From contig JANXWR010000026.1 in assembly GCA_025351025.1 (NCBI GenBank), forward strand, positions 1 through 42,676: a DNA stretch of 42,676 nucleotides, read 5' to 3'. This document shows positions 29,454-38,456 of this stretch, piece after piece. Below the pieces are notes generated by a model. It worked only from the letters and a program-made list of their open reading frames with translations, made no database searches and was not told the DNA's origin. This DNA is from Burkholderiales bacterium (lineage in GTDB: Bacteria > Pseudomonadota > Gammaproteobacteria > Burkholderiales > Burkholderiaceae_C). The position numbers and the translations under genes are program-made. Position 1 is the first letter of the stretch, and the number at the start of each line of letters is the position of its first letter.

Positions 29454-30175
29454 TTGGCGCGACTTCCGATGTAGACCTCGCGCACCTTGGCGTCGGCCAG
29501 CACCTCGTCGACAGGCCCTTCGCGCAGCACCGCACCCTGGTGCAGCACGGTGACACGGCCGCCCAGCATGCGCACGAACTGCATGTCGTGATCGACGACG
29601 ACGACGGTCGCCGTCAGGTTCACCTCGTGGATGATGCGCACCAGCGCCTCTGCCCCGGCGCCTGTGATGCCGGCGGCCGGCTCGTCGAGCAGCAGCAGCC
29701 ACGGCCGCTGCGCCAGCACGATGCCGATCTCGACGAGCTGGCGCTGGCCGTGCGCGAGCTCGCCGACCAGGCGGCGGGCGATGCCTTCGAGCGAGACCTG
29801 CCTGATCACTTCGGCGACAGTCGCCTGCGCCGCATCGCGGTGGTTGACGCGGCGCGCCGAGAGCCAGAGGTTTTCTTCGACGTTGAGGCCGTTCATGACC
29901 GAGGGCACCTGCGTCTTGATGCCGACGCCGAGACGCACGATCTCGTAGGCGCGCCAGCCGGTCACGTCCTGGCCCTTGATGAAGACGCGGCCGTGCGAGT
30001 GGTCGAGCCGGATCTGGCCGGTCAGGCACTTGAAGAAGGTGCTCTTGCCTGCCCCGTTCGGGCCGATCAGGCAGCGTAGCTCGCGGTCGCGCAGCGAGAA
30101 GTTGACGTTGTTGACCGCCTGCACGCCGCCGAAGCGCATCGACAGGTCGCGTGTGTCGACGACGGTATCGCTCAC
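29450..30175 (-). CDS. ABC ATPase, LivG/UrtD type
   Basis: FGGVQAV, GPNGAGKS, LAHGQRQ, LLLLDEPAAG, VDHDM. GTGA overlap start. Confidence 0.92.
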   Translation of the reverse strand: MSDTVVDTRDLSMRFGGVQAVNNVNFSLRDRELRCLIGPNGAGKSTFFKCLTGQIRLDHSHGRVFIKGQDVTGWRAYEIVRLGVGIKTQVPSVMNGLNVEENLWLSARRVNHRDAAQATVAEVIRQVSLEGIARRLVGELAHGQRQLVEIGIVLAQRPWLLLLDEPAAGITGAGAEALVRIIHEVNLTATVVVVDHDMQFVRMLGGRVTVLHQGAVLREGPVDEVLADAKVREVYIGSRAK

Positions 30176-31221
30176 CCATCGCTCCGGTTGCCGCGCCGTC
30201 GCCGCGTGCTGCTCGCCTGCCGCCTGCTGACGCTGGCCCGGTCGCGGCGTACGCGCCAGCGCGTCAGCGCCGGCAGCAGGCCGCTCGGCAAGAGCAGGAC
30301 GACGAGCACGAGGATGAGCCCGAGCACCAGCGAGTTGTCGATCAGCGTCTGCTGGCCGAGGAGCAGCTTCAGGTAGCCGAGCACGATCGCGCCGATGATC
30401 GGCCCGGCCAGCGTGCCCAGGCCGCCGACGATGGTCCAGATGATCACCTCTGCCGACTGGCCGAGGCTGAACACTCCGGGCGTGACGATCTCGGCCCAGT
30501 TCGCGAAGAGGCACCCGGCCAGCCCCGCCATCGCCGCGCTGATCGTGAAGATCGCCGTCTTGTAGAGCGGCGCGCTGTAGCCGAGCAGCTCGACGCGCGC
30601 TTCGTTCTCGCGAATGCCGATCAGGACGCGGCCGAAGTACGAAGAGAGGATCCAGCGGCAGAGCAGGTAGCAGAGCATCAGCAGCACGGCGACCAGGTAG
30701 TAGAACGGCGTGCCGAAGATCTGGATGCTGGTGTCACCCGGCACGTTGAGGACGGGAAAGGCCGGAATGCCGTTAAAGCCTCCGAGCCGCGCTGTACCGA
30801 TCTTGTAGGCGTCGCCGGCGGTGGCGTTCATGAACTTGAACAGGATCAGCGTGACGACGAGCGTGATCACCCCCATGTATACATCGCTGATGCGGCCGTA
30901 GAACATCATCGCGCCGATCACCGCAGCGAAGGCCGCGGGAACGATGATGGCGAGCAGCAGCGGGCCCGTGCTTTCGCCGACATTGGTCGAGGCGATCGCG
31001 TAGGTGTAGGCGCCGAGGCCGAAGTAGGCGGCGTGGCCGAAGCTCAGGATGCCGGCAAAGCCCCACATCAGCCCGAGCGAGAGCGCGAACAGCGCCCAGA
31101 TCAGCAGCAGCGTCGGCGTGTTCGTGCCGGTCACTGCCGGCAGGAGCAGCAAGATCAGCGATCCGCCCATGAACCAGGCCCAGCGGATCCGCCCGACGCC
31201 GAAGTTGGGGCCGCCCGTCAT
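30172..31221 (-). CDS. ABC permease, LivM/UrtC type
   Basis: WGFAGILSFGHAAYFGLGAY, GGFNG, GIRENEAR, GGLGTLAGP. ATGA overlap start. Confidence 0.92.
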   Translation of the reverse strand: MTGGPNFGVGRIRWAWFMGGSLILLLLPAVTGTNTPTLLLIWALFALSLGLMWGFAGILSFGHAAYFGLGAYTYAIASTNVGESTGPLLLAIIVPAAFAAVIGAMMFYGRISDVYMGVITLVVTLILFKFMNATAGDAYKIGTARLGGFNGIPAFPVLNVPGDTSIQIFGTPFYYLVAVLLMLCYLLCRWILSSYFGRVLIGIRENEARVELLGYSAPLYKTAIFTISAAMAGLAGCLFANWAEIVTPGVFSLGQSAEVIIWTIVGGLGTLAGPIIGAIVLGYLKLLLGQQTLIDNSLVLGLILVLVVLLLPSGLLPALTRWRVRRDRASVSRRQASSTRRRRGNRSDG

Positions 31222-32084
31222 GTCGAGTTCTTGAAGAAGCGGCCGGTGATGCCCTGCGGCATCAGGCGCAGCAGCACGATGGCCAGCGCCAGCATCGCGA
31301 TCTCGCCGATCACTGGCGTCGAGCCGAACGAGACGATCTGGTTGACCGTGCCGAAGATGATCGAGCTGGCGAGCGTGCCAGAGATGATCGCCGCGCCACC
31401 GGTGATAACGGTGATGAAGGACTTGGCGATGTAGAGCGACCCCGACGACGGCAGCAGGCCGGTCAACGGCGCCATCACGCCGCCGGCCAGGCCGGACAGC
31501 GCGGCGCCGGCCGTGAAGGTCCACATGTAGATCTTCTGCGGGTTGTAGCCCAGCGACGAAGCGACGTCGGCGTTCTGCATCGCGCCGCGCGCGACCAGAC
31601 CGACGCGCGTGTACCGCAGCACCAGCCAGAGCGCGAGCATGAGCAGGATGGCGACGGCGATGATGAACAGGTTGTAGCCGCCCATCTGGTAGGCGCCGAC
31701 CTGGTAGGACTGGATCGGCGCGGTGACGCTGACCGGGGTGTTGCCGAAGATCAGCGTCACCAGCCCGACCATGAGCAGGCTCAGGCCCCAGGTGGCGAGC
31801 ATGGTGTCGATCATGCGGCCGTAGAGATGGCGGATGACGATGCGCTCGACGACGAGGCCGAGGATGCCGACGACCAGTGGCGAGAGCACCAGCATCGAGA
31901 AGAAGATGTCGATGCCGGCGCGGGTGCTGGCGATGGTGACGTAGCCGCCGATCATCACGAACTCGCCGTGGGCGAGGTTGATGACCCGCATCATCCCGAA
32001 CACGACCGCCAGCCCCGCGCTGGTGAGCACGAGGAAGGCGATCATGTACAGGATCTCGAGGAAGACGACGGCCGCGTAATCCAC
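31218..32084 (-). CDS. ABC permease, LivH/UrtB type
   Basis: GLAVVFGMMRVINLAHGEF, LATWGLS, LSGLAG, SFITVITGG, PQGI. Confidence 0.92.
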   Translation of the reverse strand: MDYAAVVFLEILYMIAFLVLTSAGLAVVFGMMRVINLAHGEFVMIGGYVTIASTRAGIDIFFSMLVLSPLVVGILGLVVERIVIRHLYGRMIDTMLATWGLSLLMVGLVTLIFGNTPVSVTAPIQSYQVGAYQMGGYNLFIIAVAILLMLALWLVLRYTRVGLVARGAMQNADVASSLGYNPQKIYMWTFTAGAALSGLAGGVMAPLTGLLPSSGSLYIAKSFITVITGGAAIISGTLASSIIFGTVNQIVSFGSTPVIGEIAMLALAIVLLRLMPQGITGRFFKNST

Positions 32085-32150
32085 CGTAGGGTCAATGCGA
32101 GGCCGGCCGGCCTTGAAGGCCGCGGCGTTGCGAGACGCGACGCCTCCTCG

Positions 32151-32233
32151 TGCCGTCCATGCCAGCGCAGGCCGGCATGGAGCCGCGGCACCCGGCCCCC
32201 TCGGGGGGCAGCGAACGAAGTGAGCGTGGGGGC
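32151..32233. repeat. REP-like / stem-loop element directly downstream of SBP stop
   Basis: Hairpin TCCATGCC (32156-32163) / GGCATGGA (32174-32181), then GCCCCCTCGGGGGGC-AGCGAACGAAGTGAGCGTGGGGGC (32195-32233). Resembles interspersed extragenic palindromes I recall from Comamonadaceae genomes. One copy in the window. Confidence 0.5.
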
Positions 32234-32234
32234 A

Positions 32235-33461
32235 TTAGATCGTGACCTCGAACTGCTTGTTCTCGTTCGGGTTCTTCAGCAGGTTGCAGGAGGCTGCGGT
32301 ATCGCTCGGCGGACGCTGCTTGAACGCCTGCTTGATCGTCAATTTCTGGTTCTTCACCTCCATCACCTTGATGTCGAGCGAGGCGTGGTGCGTCGCCGGA
32401 TCGATCTTCACCAGGCCGCCGGGCCCTTCGACGCTGATTCCCGATTCGATCGCCTTCAGCATTTTTTCGCGGTCAAGCGAGCCGGCCTTCTTGACCGCCT
32501 CAGCCCACAGCTTGATGCCCTGGTACTGCGAGACCGCGATCTCGTGGACGATCTTGGTGTCGCCGAAGCGCTTGGCCCAGCGCGCCAGGAAGTCCTTGTT
32601 CGCCGGCGTTGTCTCCTCCTGGCTGTAGTTGCCTGCGATGAGAATGCCGTCACCCTCGGCTGCCGAGAGCGCGAGGTGCTCGTTGCCGACGCCGAACGTC
32701 GTCGAGCAGAGCGGGATCTTCTTGTTCATTCCCGAGGCCGCCCATTGGCGGAAGAACGAGAGGTGGGCACCGCCGACCAGCGCCGCGCAGACGTAGTCCG
32801 GCTTGGCCGCCTGGATCTTGGCGATCGTCGAACCGAAGTCGGCGACGTCGAGCGGGAAGAAGTCGGTCTGCAGCACCGTGCCGCCGAGCTTCTTGGCGTA
32901 ATACGCAAGCCACTTGGCGGTGATCTGTCCGTAGTTGTAGTCGGCGGCCAGCACGTAGACCTTCTTGCCCCACTGCTTGCTCGCTATCTCGACGATCGGC
33001 TCCATCACCTGCGCCGGCGTCGTGCCGGTGACGACGCAATTGCGGTCGCAGACGCCTCCCTCGTAGAGCACGTCGTAAAAGTAGAGGATGTTGGAGCGCC
33101 GGAAGGTCTGCCTGATGGCTTCGCGCGAAGCCGACGTGATGCCGCCGTGCACCACGTCGACCTTGTCGTCGCGGGCGAGCTGTTGCGCGTACTTGGTATA
33201 GAGCGCGATGTCGGACTGGGTGTCGTACTGGATGACCTCGATCTTCCTGCCGAGCAGGCCGCCGGCGGCGTTGATCTCCTCGGCGGCGAGCGTCGTCGCC
33301 TGCACCATCGGCTTGCCGTAGCCGTCGAGGTTGCCGGAGTTGTCGAGCACCGAGCCGAGCTTGATCGGCGTGCCCTGCGCGAGCGCCTGCATGAAGGGAA
33401 GGGCGGTGCCGGCCGCTGCGCCGGTGGTTGAAACGATGAATCGACGACGTGAAACAGTCAT
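32235..33461 (-). CDS. ABC substrate-binding protein, UrtA/FmdD type, Tat signal
   Basis: MTVSRRRFI twin-arginine motif. INAAGGLLGR, YDTQSD, GGITSASRE, YEGGVCDRN, ADYNYG. GGAG RBS. Confidence 0.92.
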   Translation of the reverse strand: MTVSRRRFIVSTTGAAAGTALPFMQALAQGTPIKLGSVLDNSGNLDGYGKPMVQATTLAAEEINAAGGLLGRKIEVIQYDTQSDIALYTKYAQQLARDDKVDVVHGGITSASREAIRQTFRRSNILYFYDVLYEGGVCDRNCVVTGTTPAQVMEPIVEIASKQWGKKVYVLAADYNYGQITAKWLAYYAKKLGGTVLQTDFFPLDVADFGSTIAKIQAAKPDYVCAALVGGAHLSFFRQWAASGMNKKIPLCSTTFGVGNEHLALSAAEGDGILIAGNYSQEETTPANKDFLARWAKRFGDTKIVHEIAVSQYQGIKLWAEAVKKAGSLDREKMLKAIESGISVEGPGGLVKIDPATHHASLDIKVMEVKNQKLTIKQAFKQRPPSDTAASCNLLKNPNENKQFEVTI

Positions 33462-33520
33462 GGTCTTCTCCAGAGTTTTATGGGGCGCCGGATGGCAATG
33501 AAACGATGGCGACGCCGGCC

Positions 33521-35155
33521 TCATGCCTTGGGCGTTGCCTTGTCGCCTGCGGGAGCGCTCGCATCCGGGCCTCCCCCCTTCTTCGGGCTGACCGCCGAGG
33601 AAAGATCCACGCCGATCGAATCGCCGATGCTCTTCAGGGCCGGCAGCTGCAGTGCCATGCCCAGGATGCTGTCCATCACCTGTGTCACCGGCGCGCGCGT
33701 GTCGGCGGCGCCGCCGCTGCCGCCGGCTCCGCCTGGCGTCGACGAGCCGCCGAAGCCGGTGACCTGGTGAATGCGGATGCTGTCGATCTTCTCGGCCGGC
33801 TTCATCATCTGGGCGATGATTTCGGGCAGCCGGTCGAGCCGATGCTGCTCGAGCTGCATGTGCATCAGCTCGCCGCTGCGCGAGTTCTCGGCCGAGATCA
33901 TCGCCCGCGTGCCCTCGGACTCGGCGTTCAGGCGGATGCGATGCGCCTCGGCGCGCGTCGTCGTCGCCGCCGCTTCCGCGCGCGCCGTCATCAGCAGCAC
34001 CGCGGTCTCGCTCTCGGCCTTGGAGGTCTCGACCTCGCCGCGCTCCTGCTCGCGCTTGAGCGCGATCTCGCGCGATCGCTCGGCCACGGCGCGCTCGCGC
34101 TGCGTCTGCAGCTGCTCCTGCGCCAGCACGATCTCGATCCGCGCAAGCTCGGCCTGGCCTTGCGCGCGCGCCTCTTCGGCATGCTTGGTCGCCAGCGCGA
34201 TCGAGCTGTCGACTTTCCTCACCTCGGCGCTGAGCTGAGCCTCGATCTCGAGCTTGCGCAGCTCGCGCGCCTTCTGGATCTCGGCGATCCGGGTGTCCTT
34301 CTCGCGATCGATGCGTGCGTTCTCCGAGGCCACTGTCGACTGCTCGCGGGCGCGCGCCGTGTCGGCGTCGCTGGCCGCCTTGAGCTTTTCGATCTCGAGG
34401 CGCTGGCCGATCTGCGCTTCCTCTTCCTGGCGCGAAAGCACGAGACGCTGCTTGATCGCCTCGAGCTGGGTCTGGCGCACCGACACGTCGGCGTCGGCCT
34501 CGATCTCGGCGCGCTTCTTCTTGCTCGTGGCGATGATCTCGGCGAGCTTGCGCAGGCCGACCGCGTTGAAGGCATTGTTGTCGTCGAGGGCGGCGAAGGC
34601 GGCCTGGTCCATGCGCGTCAGCGAGACCGACTCGAGCTGTAGGCCGCTGTGCGCCAGGTTGTCGCGCACCGATTCGCGGATCGTGCGCACGAACTCGGCG
34701 CGCTTGTCGTGCAGCGAGTCCATCGTCAGGCCGGCGGCAGTGGCCTGGATCGCGTCGATGAAGCGGCCCTCGAGGAGGTTGCGCACGCCGTCGGGGCTGA
34801 GCGACTTGGAGCCGATCGCCTGCGCCGCCGTCGCGACGCCGCCTTCGGTCGGTTGCACGCGCAGGTAGAACTCGAGCTCGACGTCGACGCGCATCCGGTC
34901 TTCGGTGATAAGCGACCTGGCGCCGGCGCGCGTCACCTCGATGCGCATGGTGCGCATGTTGACCTCGTCGACCTTGTGCAGAAAGGGCAGGGCGAGGCAG
35001 CCGCCCGAGAGGACGATCTTCTGCCCGCCGAAGCCGGTGCGGATGATCGCGACGTCGCGCGAGGTCTTGCGATAGAAGCGGCTCAGGAACGCGACCGCCA
35101 CGGCAATCGCGACGATCAGGACGATCAGGCCGAACAGCCAGGCCAGCAAGGTCAT
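33521..35155 (-). CDS. flotillin / SPFH-domain protein (YqiK-like)
   Basis: N-terminal TM. IRTGFGGQK..GG..LP..H, LITEDRMRVDVELEFYLRV, GLQLESVSLT, NNAFNAVGL. Long E/A/R coiled coil and C-terminal MMKPAEKIDSIRI. Confidence 0.92.
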   Translation of the reverse strand: MTLLAWLFGLIVLIVAIAVAVAFLSRFYRKTSRDVAIIRTGFGGQKIVLSGGCLALPFLHKVDEVNMRTMRIEVTRAGARSLITEDRMRVDVELEFYLRVQPTEGGVATAAQAIGSKSLSPDGVRNLLEGRFIDAIQATAAGLTMDSLHDKRAEFVRTIRESVRDNLAHSGLQLESVSLTRMDQAAFAALDDNNAFNAVGLRKLAEIIATSKKKRAEIEADADVSVRQTQLEAIKQRLVLSRQEEEAQIGQRLEIEKLKAASDADTARAREQSTVASENARIDREKDTRIAEIQKARELRKLEIEAQLSAEVRKVDSSIALATKHAEEARAQGQAELARIEIVLAQEQLQTQRERAVAERSREIALKREQERGEVETSKAESETAVLLMTARAEAAATTTRAEAHRIRLNAESEGTRAMISAENSRSGELMHMQLEQHRLDRLPEIIAQMMKPAEKIDSIRIHQVTGFGGSSTPGGAGGSGGAADTRAPVTQVMDSILGMALQLPALKSIGDSIGVDLSSAVSPKKGGGPDASAPAGDKATPKA

Positions 35156-35217
35156 GGGGCTTCCTCCCTCGACGACTCAGGGGCTGCAAGCACCGGGCAG
35201 GAGCCGCAGCGTCCGTT

Positions 35218-35240
35218 TACTTTCCGTGGAAACTATAGCA
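35218..35240 (-). promoter_or_regulatory. extended -10 (TGCTATAGT) overlapped by candidate MarR operator TACTTTCCGTGGAAACTA
   Basis: Operator 35218-35235 shares the core TTTCC-N2-GGAAA with the palindrome at 36506. TGn-TATAGT at 35240-35232. Confidence 0.65.
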
Positions 35241-35307
35241 GCGGATTGCAAGTTCCATGCTCGCGCCTGTGCGTCGTGCGACGGCGCGGCGCGGGCAGAA
35301 CCTGCGC

Positions 35308-36453
35308 CTAGAGAGCGAGGGGTTGCTGGAAGAGGTGCCCGCCGGCTTCTGCGAGATAGACAGGATGCGAGCAACGCTCGTTGCCGAGATAGCGGATGCC
35401 GCGCACCGACTTGAAGGTGAGCGGCGAGGGCAGCTGGCCGAGCAGTTGCGCGTCGTCGTCGGCGGCGCGCTTGGCGAGCGCGGCCATGAAGTGCACGCCC
35501 TCGTAGGTCGATTGGCCGAGCGCGTTCAGGGTCGGGGCGCGCTGGCCGAAGTGGTTGTAATAGCGCTCCTTGAACGCCATGTTGGCGTCGCTGGCGAGCG
35601 AGGCGAAGTAGCCCGAGGAAACGAACAGGCCCTCGGTGTTGTCGGCACCGATGGCGAGCAGGCCGTTCTCCTCGATCGCGCACGACAGCCGGAAGACGTC
35701 GCGTGACAGGCCCGAGCTGCCGAAGTCGCGGTTGAAGTGGACCGCGTCCTGGCCGACCAGCGAGAGCAGGATCGCGTGCGGTTTCAGGCGCGCGATCTCG
35801 TCGAGCAGCTCGGCATAGTCTTCCATGCCGAACGGCAGGTAGCGGTCGGCGAGCAGCTGGCCGCCGCGGTCGCTGACGTAGCGCGCGGCCAGGCGGTGCG
35901 AGACGCGCGGCCAGACGTAGTCGTGGCCGATGAACATCCAGCGCCGCGCCCGATAGCGCTCGATCAGGTAGTCGATCGCCGGGCGCAGCTGCTGCTCGGG
36001 TGTCTCGCCGATCGCGAACACGCCAGGCGTGCTCTCGCCGCCTTCGTAGAGCGGCGTGTAGACGTAGGGGATCTGCCGCGCCACGTCGCGCAGCACGCGT
36101 TGGCGCACCTGGCTGGTGTGCATGCCGACGATGGCGTCGATGGCGCCCGAGTGCATCAGGTCGGCGGTGACGCTGCCGACGTCGAGCGCCTCGTCGGACG
36201 AGTCGATCACACGCAGCCGCACCTGCCGCTCGAGCAAGCCGCCGCTGGCGTTGATCTCGGCCTGCGCGAGCTGCGCGCAGGCGATCGACGAGGGACCCCA
36301 GATGCCGGCCGTGCCGTTGATCGGAACGAGTAGCCCGACCACGAAATCGCCGTTCGCGTCGGGCGCCGCGTAGCGCGCGCCGCGGCGCCGCGGGTGCTTC
36401 GGCGGCGAGGCATTCCTCGCGCCAGCGCCGCCGACAGCCGTCGTCTGCTGCAT
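35308..36453 (-). CDS. AmiC-like cytoplasmic amide-sensing protein (periplasmic-binding-protein type 1 fold, no signal peptide)
   Basis: EINASGGLL, VGMHTS, PYVYTPLYEGGE, GETPEQQ, GHDYVWP, YEGVH. N-terminus lacks a hydrophobic signal core. GGGAG RBS. Confidence 0.85.
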   Translation of the reverse strand: MQQTTAVGGAGARNASPPKHPRRRGARYAAPDANGDFVVGLLVPINGTAGIWGPSSIACAQLAQAEINASGGLLERQVRLRVIDSSDEALDVGSVTADLMHSGAIDAIVGMHTSQVRQRVLRDVARQIPYVYTPLYEGGESTPGVFAIGETPEQQLRPAIDYLIERYRARRWMFIGHDYVWPRVSHRLAARYVSDRGGQLLADRYLPFGMEDYAELLDEIARLKPHAILLSLVGQDAVHFNRDFGSSGLSRDVFRLSCAIEENGLLAIGADNTEGLFVSSGYFASLASDANMAFKERYYNHFGQRAPTLNALGQSTYEGVHFMAALAKRAADDDAQLLGQLPSPLTFKSVRGIRYLGNERCSHPVYLAEAGGHLFQQPLAL

Positions 36454-36505
36454 GTGACTCCCTGCACGAGAAACCCGCGCCTGTGACAGGCTCTGCGGCC
36501 CGCTA

Positions 36506-36523
36506 TGCTTTCCCGGGAAAGCA
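36506..36523. promoter_or_regulatory. perfect 18-bp palindrome TGCTTTCCCGGGAAAGCA, candidate MarR operator
   Basis: Lies in the 89-bp gap between the divergent amiC-like and marR genes. TACAAT -10 at 36529-36534, 8 nt before the marR ATG. Confidence 0.7.
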
Positions 36524-36542
36524 ACTTCTACAATAGCACAGC

Positions 36543-36977
36543 ATGAGCCGCCCCACCCCCCATCTCGGCCTGCTGCTCGAGCGTGCGGGCCGGGTCGTCG
36601 GCGAGCGGCTGAGCCGCTCGATCGGCCGCGAGGGCACCACCTCGGACCACTGGCGCGTGTTGCGTCATCTGGCCAACGAAGCCGGCCACACGATGGGCGA
36701 GATCGCCGAGCGGCTGGAGATGAATCCGCCGACGCTGACCAAGCTGGTCGACCGCATGGTCGACAAGTCGCTGGTGCAGCGTGCCGCCGATCCCGAAGAC
36801 AGCCGCCGCGTTCTCGTTTACGTCACCGACGCCGGGCTGGCGCTGCTGCAGGTGCTGCAGTCGAAGGTCGACCGCCACCACGCCGCCTTGCAGACCTTGC
36901 TCGGCGAGCGCAACGCCCGCCAGCTCGAGCGCCTGCTGACGATGCTGGTCGACGCCGCCGAGCGGCCGTCGGCCTGA
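36543..36977 (+). CDS. MarR family transcriptional regulator
   Basis: WRVLRHL, TMGEIAERLEMNPPTLTKLVDRM, LVQRAADPEDSRRVLVYVTDAG winged-helix motifs. Confidence 0.93.
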   Translation: MSRPTPHLGLLLERAGRVVGERLSRSIGREGTTSDHWRVLRHLANEAGHTMGEIAERLEMNPPTLTKLVDRMVDKSLVQRAADPEDSRRVLVYVTDAGLALLQVLQSKVDRHHAALQTLLGERNARQLERLLTMLVDAAERPSA

Positions 36978-37017
36978 GCCCGCCGCCCGCACAGAGGGGC
37001 GAGCGGCGCGACGCCGC

Positions 37018-38412
37018 TCAGAGCCGTGGGTGCCGCCGGTGCCAGTCGGTGGCGCGCTGGAAAGCCCGGCCGACGCGGCAGATCTGCGCTTCGCCGAGAT
37101 GCTTGCCGGCGAACTGCACTGCGACTGGCAGGCCCTTGACGGTGAACGCGGCCGGCACGGTCAAGGTCGGCAGGCCCGACATGGCAAAAGGCACGGTGTA
37201 GCGGATCAGCGCGGCCAGCTCGGCGGGAACGCGACCGAGCGTGGCCATGCGCTCGACGGTGGGCGCGGCGAAGGGCTGCGCCGGCACGAGCATGACGTCG
37301 ACCGGCGCCATCGCTTCGAGCGCCCGGCCGGCGAAGGCCTTGCGCCGCAGCAGGATGCGCTGGTAGTCGAGCGCCGAAAGGCCGCGGCCGAGCTCGATCA
37401 AACCGGCCAGGCCGGCGCCGTACTCGGTGCGCCGCGCCGGGTAGGTCGCCTCATGCGCCACCGCGGTCTCGACGGCGCAATTCGGTCCCCAGTCCGCCGC
37501 CATCGCCGCGACGTCGGGAAAGCGCAGCGCGACGATCTCGGCGCCGAGGGCGCGCAAGGTGGCCAGCGCCGCGTCGATGGCTCGGTGCGTGTCGGCATCG
37601 ACGCCGTCGAGGGCGTAGCGCTCGTCGAAGCCGATCTTCACGCCGCGCAGGTCGGCGTCGTGGGCGGCCATGTAGTCAGGCACCTCGGCGCGCAGGGTCG
37701 TCGGGTCGTCGGCGTCGATGCCGGCGATGGCGCCGAGCATGATCGCGGCGTCGGTCGCGCTGCGGCACATCGGGCCGATGTGGTCGAGCGAGGCGGCGAG
37801 CTCGAAGCAGCCGTAGCGCGAGACCCGGCCCCAGGTCGGCTTCAGCCCGGTCGTGCCGTTGGCCGCCGACGGAAAACGGATCGAGCCGCCGGTGTCCGAG
37901 CCGAGCGAGCCGAAGCAGAGTCCCGCCGCGGTGGCCACGCCCGAGCCGCTCGACGACGCCCCCGACCAGTGGTCCCGGTGCCAGGGGTTGACCGGCGGCG
38001 TGACATCCGGATGGTGATCGGCAAACGCGCCTTCGGTCATCTGCAGCTTGCCGAGCAGCACGGCACCGGCCTCGCGCAGCTTCTTCACGACGGTGGCGTC
38101 GACCGTCGGCACGAAGTCGCGGTGCAGCGGCATGCCCGCGGCGGTGGCGACGCCTCGGGTGAAGCAGAGATCCTTTACGGCGATCGGCACGCCGTGCAGT
38201 TGAGAGAGAACCTGGCGCCGGCCGATCATCTGCTCAGCGGTGCGCGCCTGCGCCAGCGCCAGCTCGGGCGTGACCAGGGCATACGATTTGAGTCCCGGTT
38301 CGAGACGCTCGATCCGGCACAGCATGTCCTCGGTCAGCTCGACGGGCGAGACCTTGCGCGAAGCGAGCAGGCGCGAGAGCTCGGAAATCTCGAGAAAGGC
38401 CAGCTCGTCCAT
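37018..38412 (-). CDS. amidase-signature enzyme (alternative start 38460, overlapping mgtA stop)
   Basis: SRKVSPVELT, LHGVPIAVKD, GKLQMTEGA, SGASSSGSG, GSDTGGSIRFP, GLKPTWGRVSR. Confidence 0.9.
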   Translation of the reverse strand: MDELAFLEISELSRLLASRKVSPVELTEDMLCRIERLEPGLKSYALVTPELALAQARTAEQMIGRRQVLSQLHGVPIAVKDLCFTRGVATAAGMPLHRDFVPTVDATVVKKLREAGAVLLGKLQMTEGAFADHHPDVTPPVNPWHRDHWSGASSSGSGVATAAGLCFGSLGSDTGGSIRFPSAANGTTGLKPTWGRVSRYGCFELAASLDHIGPMCRSATDAAIMLGAIAGIDADDPTTLRAEVPDYMAAHDADLRGVKIGFDERYALDGVDADTHRAIDAALATLRALGAEIVALRFPDVAAMAADWGPNCAVETAVAHEATYPARRTEYGAGLAGLIELGRGLSALDYQRILLRRKAFAGRALEAMAPVDVMLVPAQPFAAPTVERMATLGRVPAELAALIRYTVPFAMSGLPTLTVPAAFTVKGLPVAVQFAGKHLGEAQICRVGRAFQRATDWHRRHPRL

Positions 38413-38456
38413 GGCGTCATTCTCGACCAGACTGCTCACCCGGGTCGCATCGGCGC

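Noticed and set aside
29454-30179. N-terminal 242 aa of the 1067-aa track ORF
   Set aside because: Off-frame shadow over the LivG-type ATPase. The real fusion starts at ATG 29453.
32235-35189. 984-aa ORF suggesting an extended binding protein
   Set aside because: The N-terminal part is an off-frame shadow over the flotillin gene. The SBP has its own RBS and Tat signal at 33461.
35247-35262. Sigma54-like element GAGCATGGAACTTGCA (minus strand) upstream of flotillin
   Set aside because: The invariant GG at -24 is AG, and a good extended -10 sigma70 element explains the promoter.
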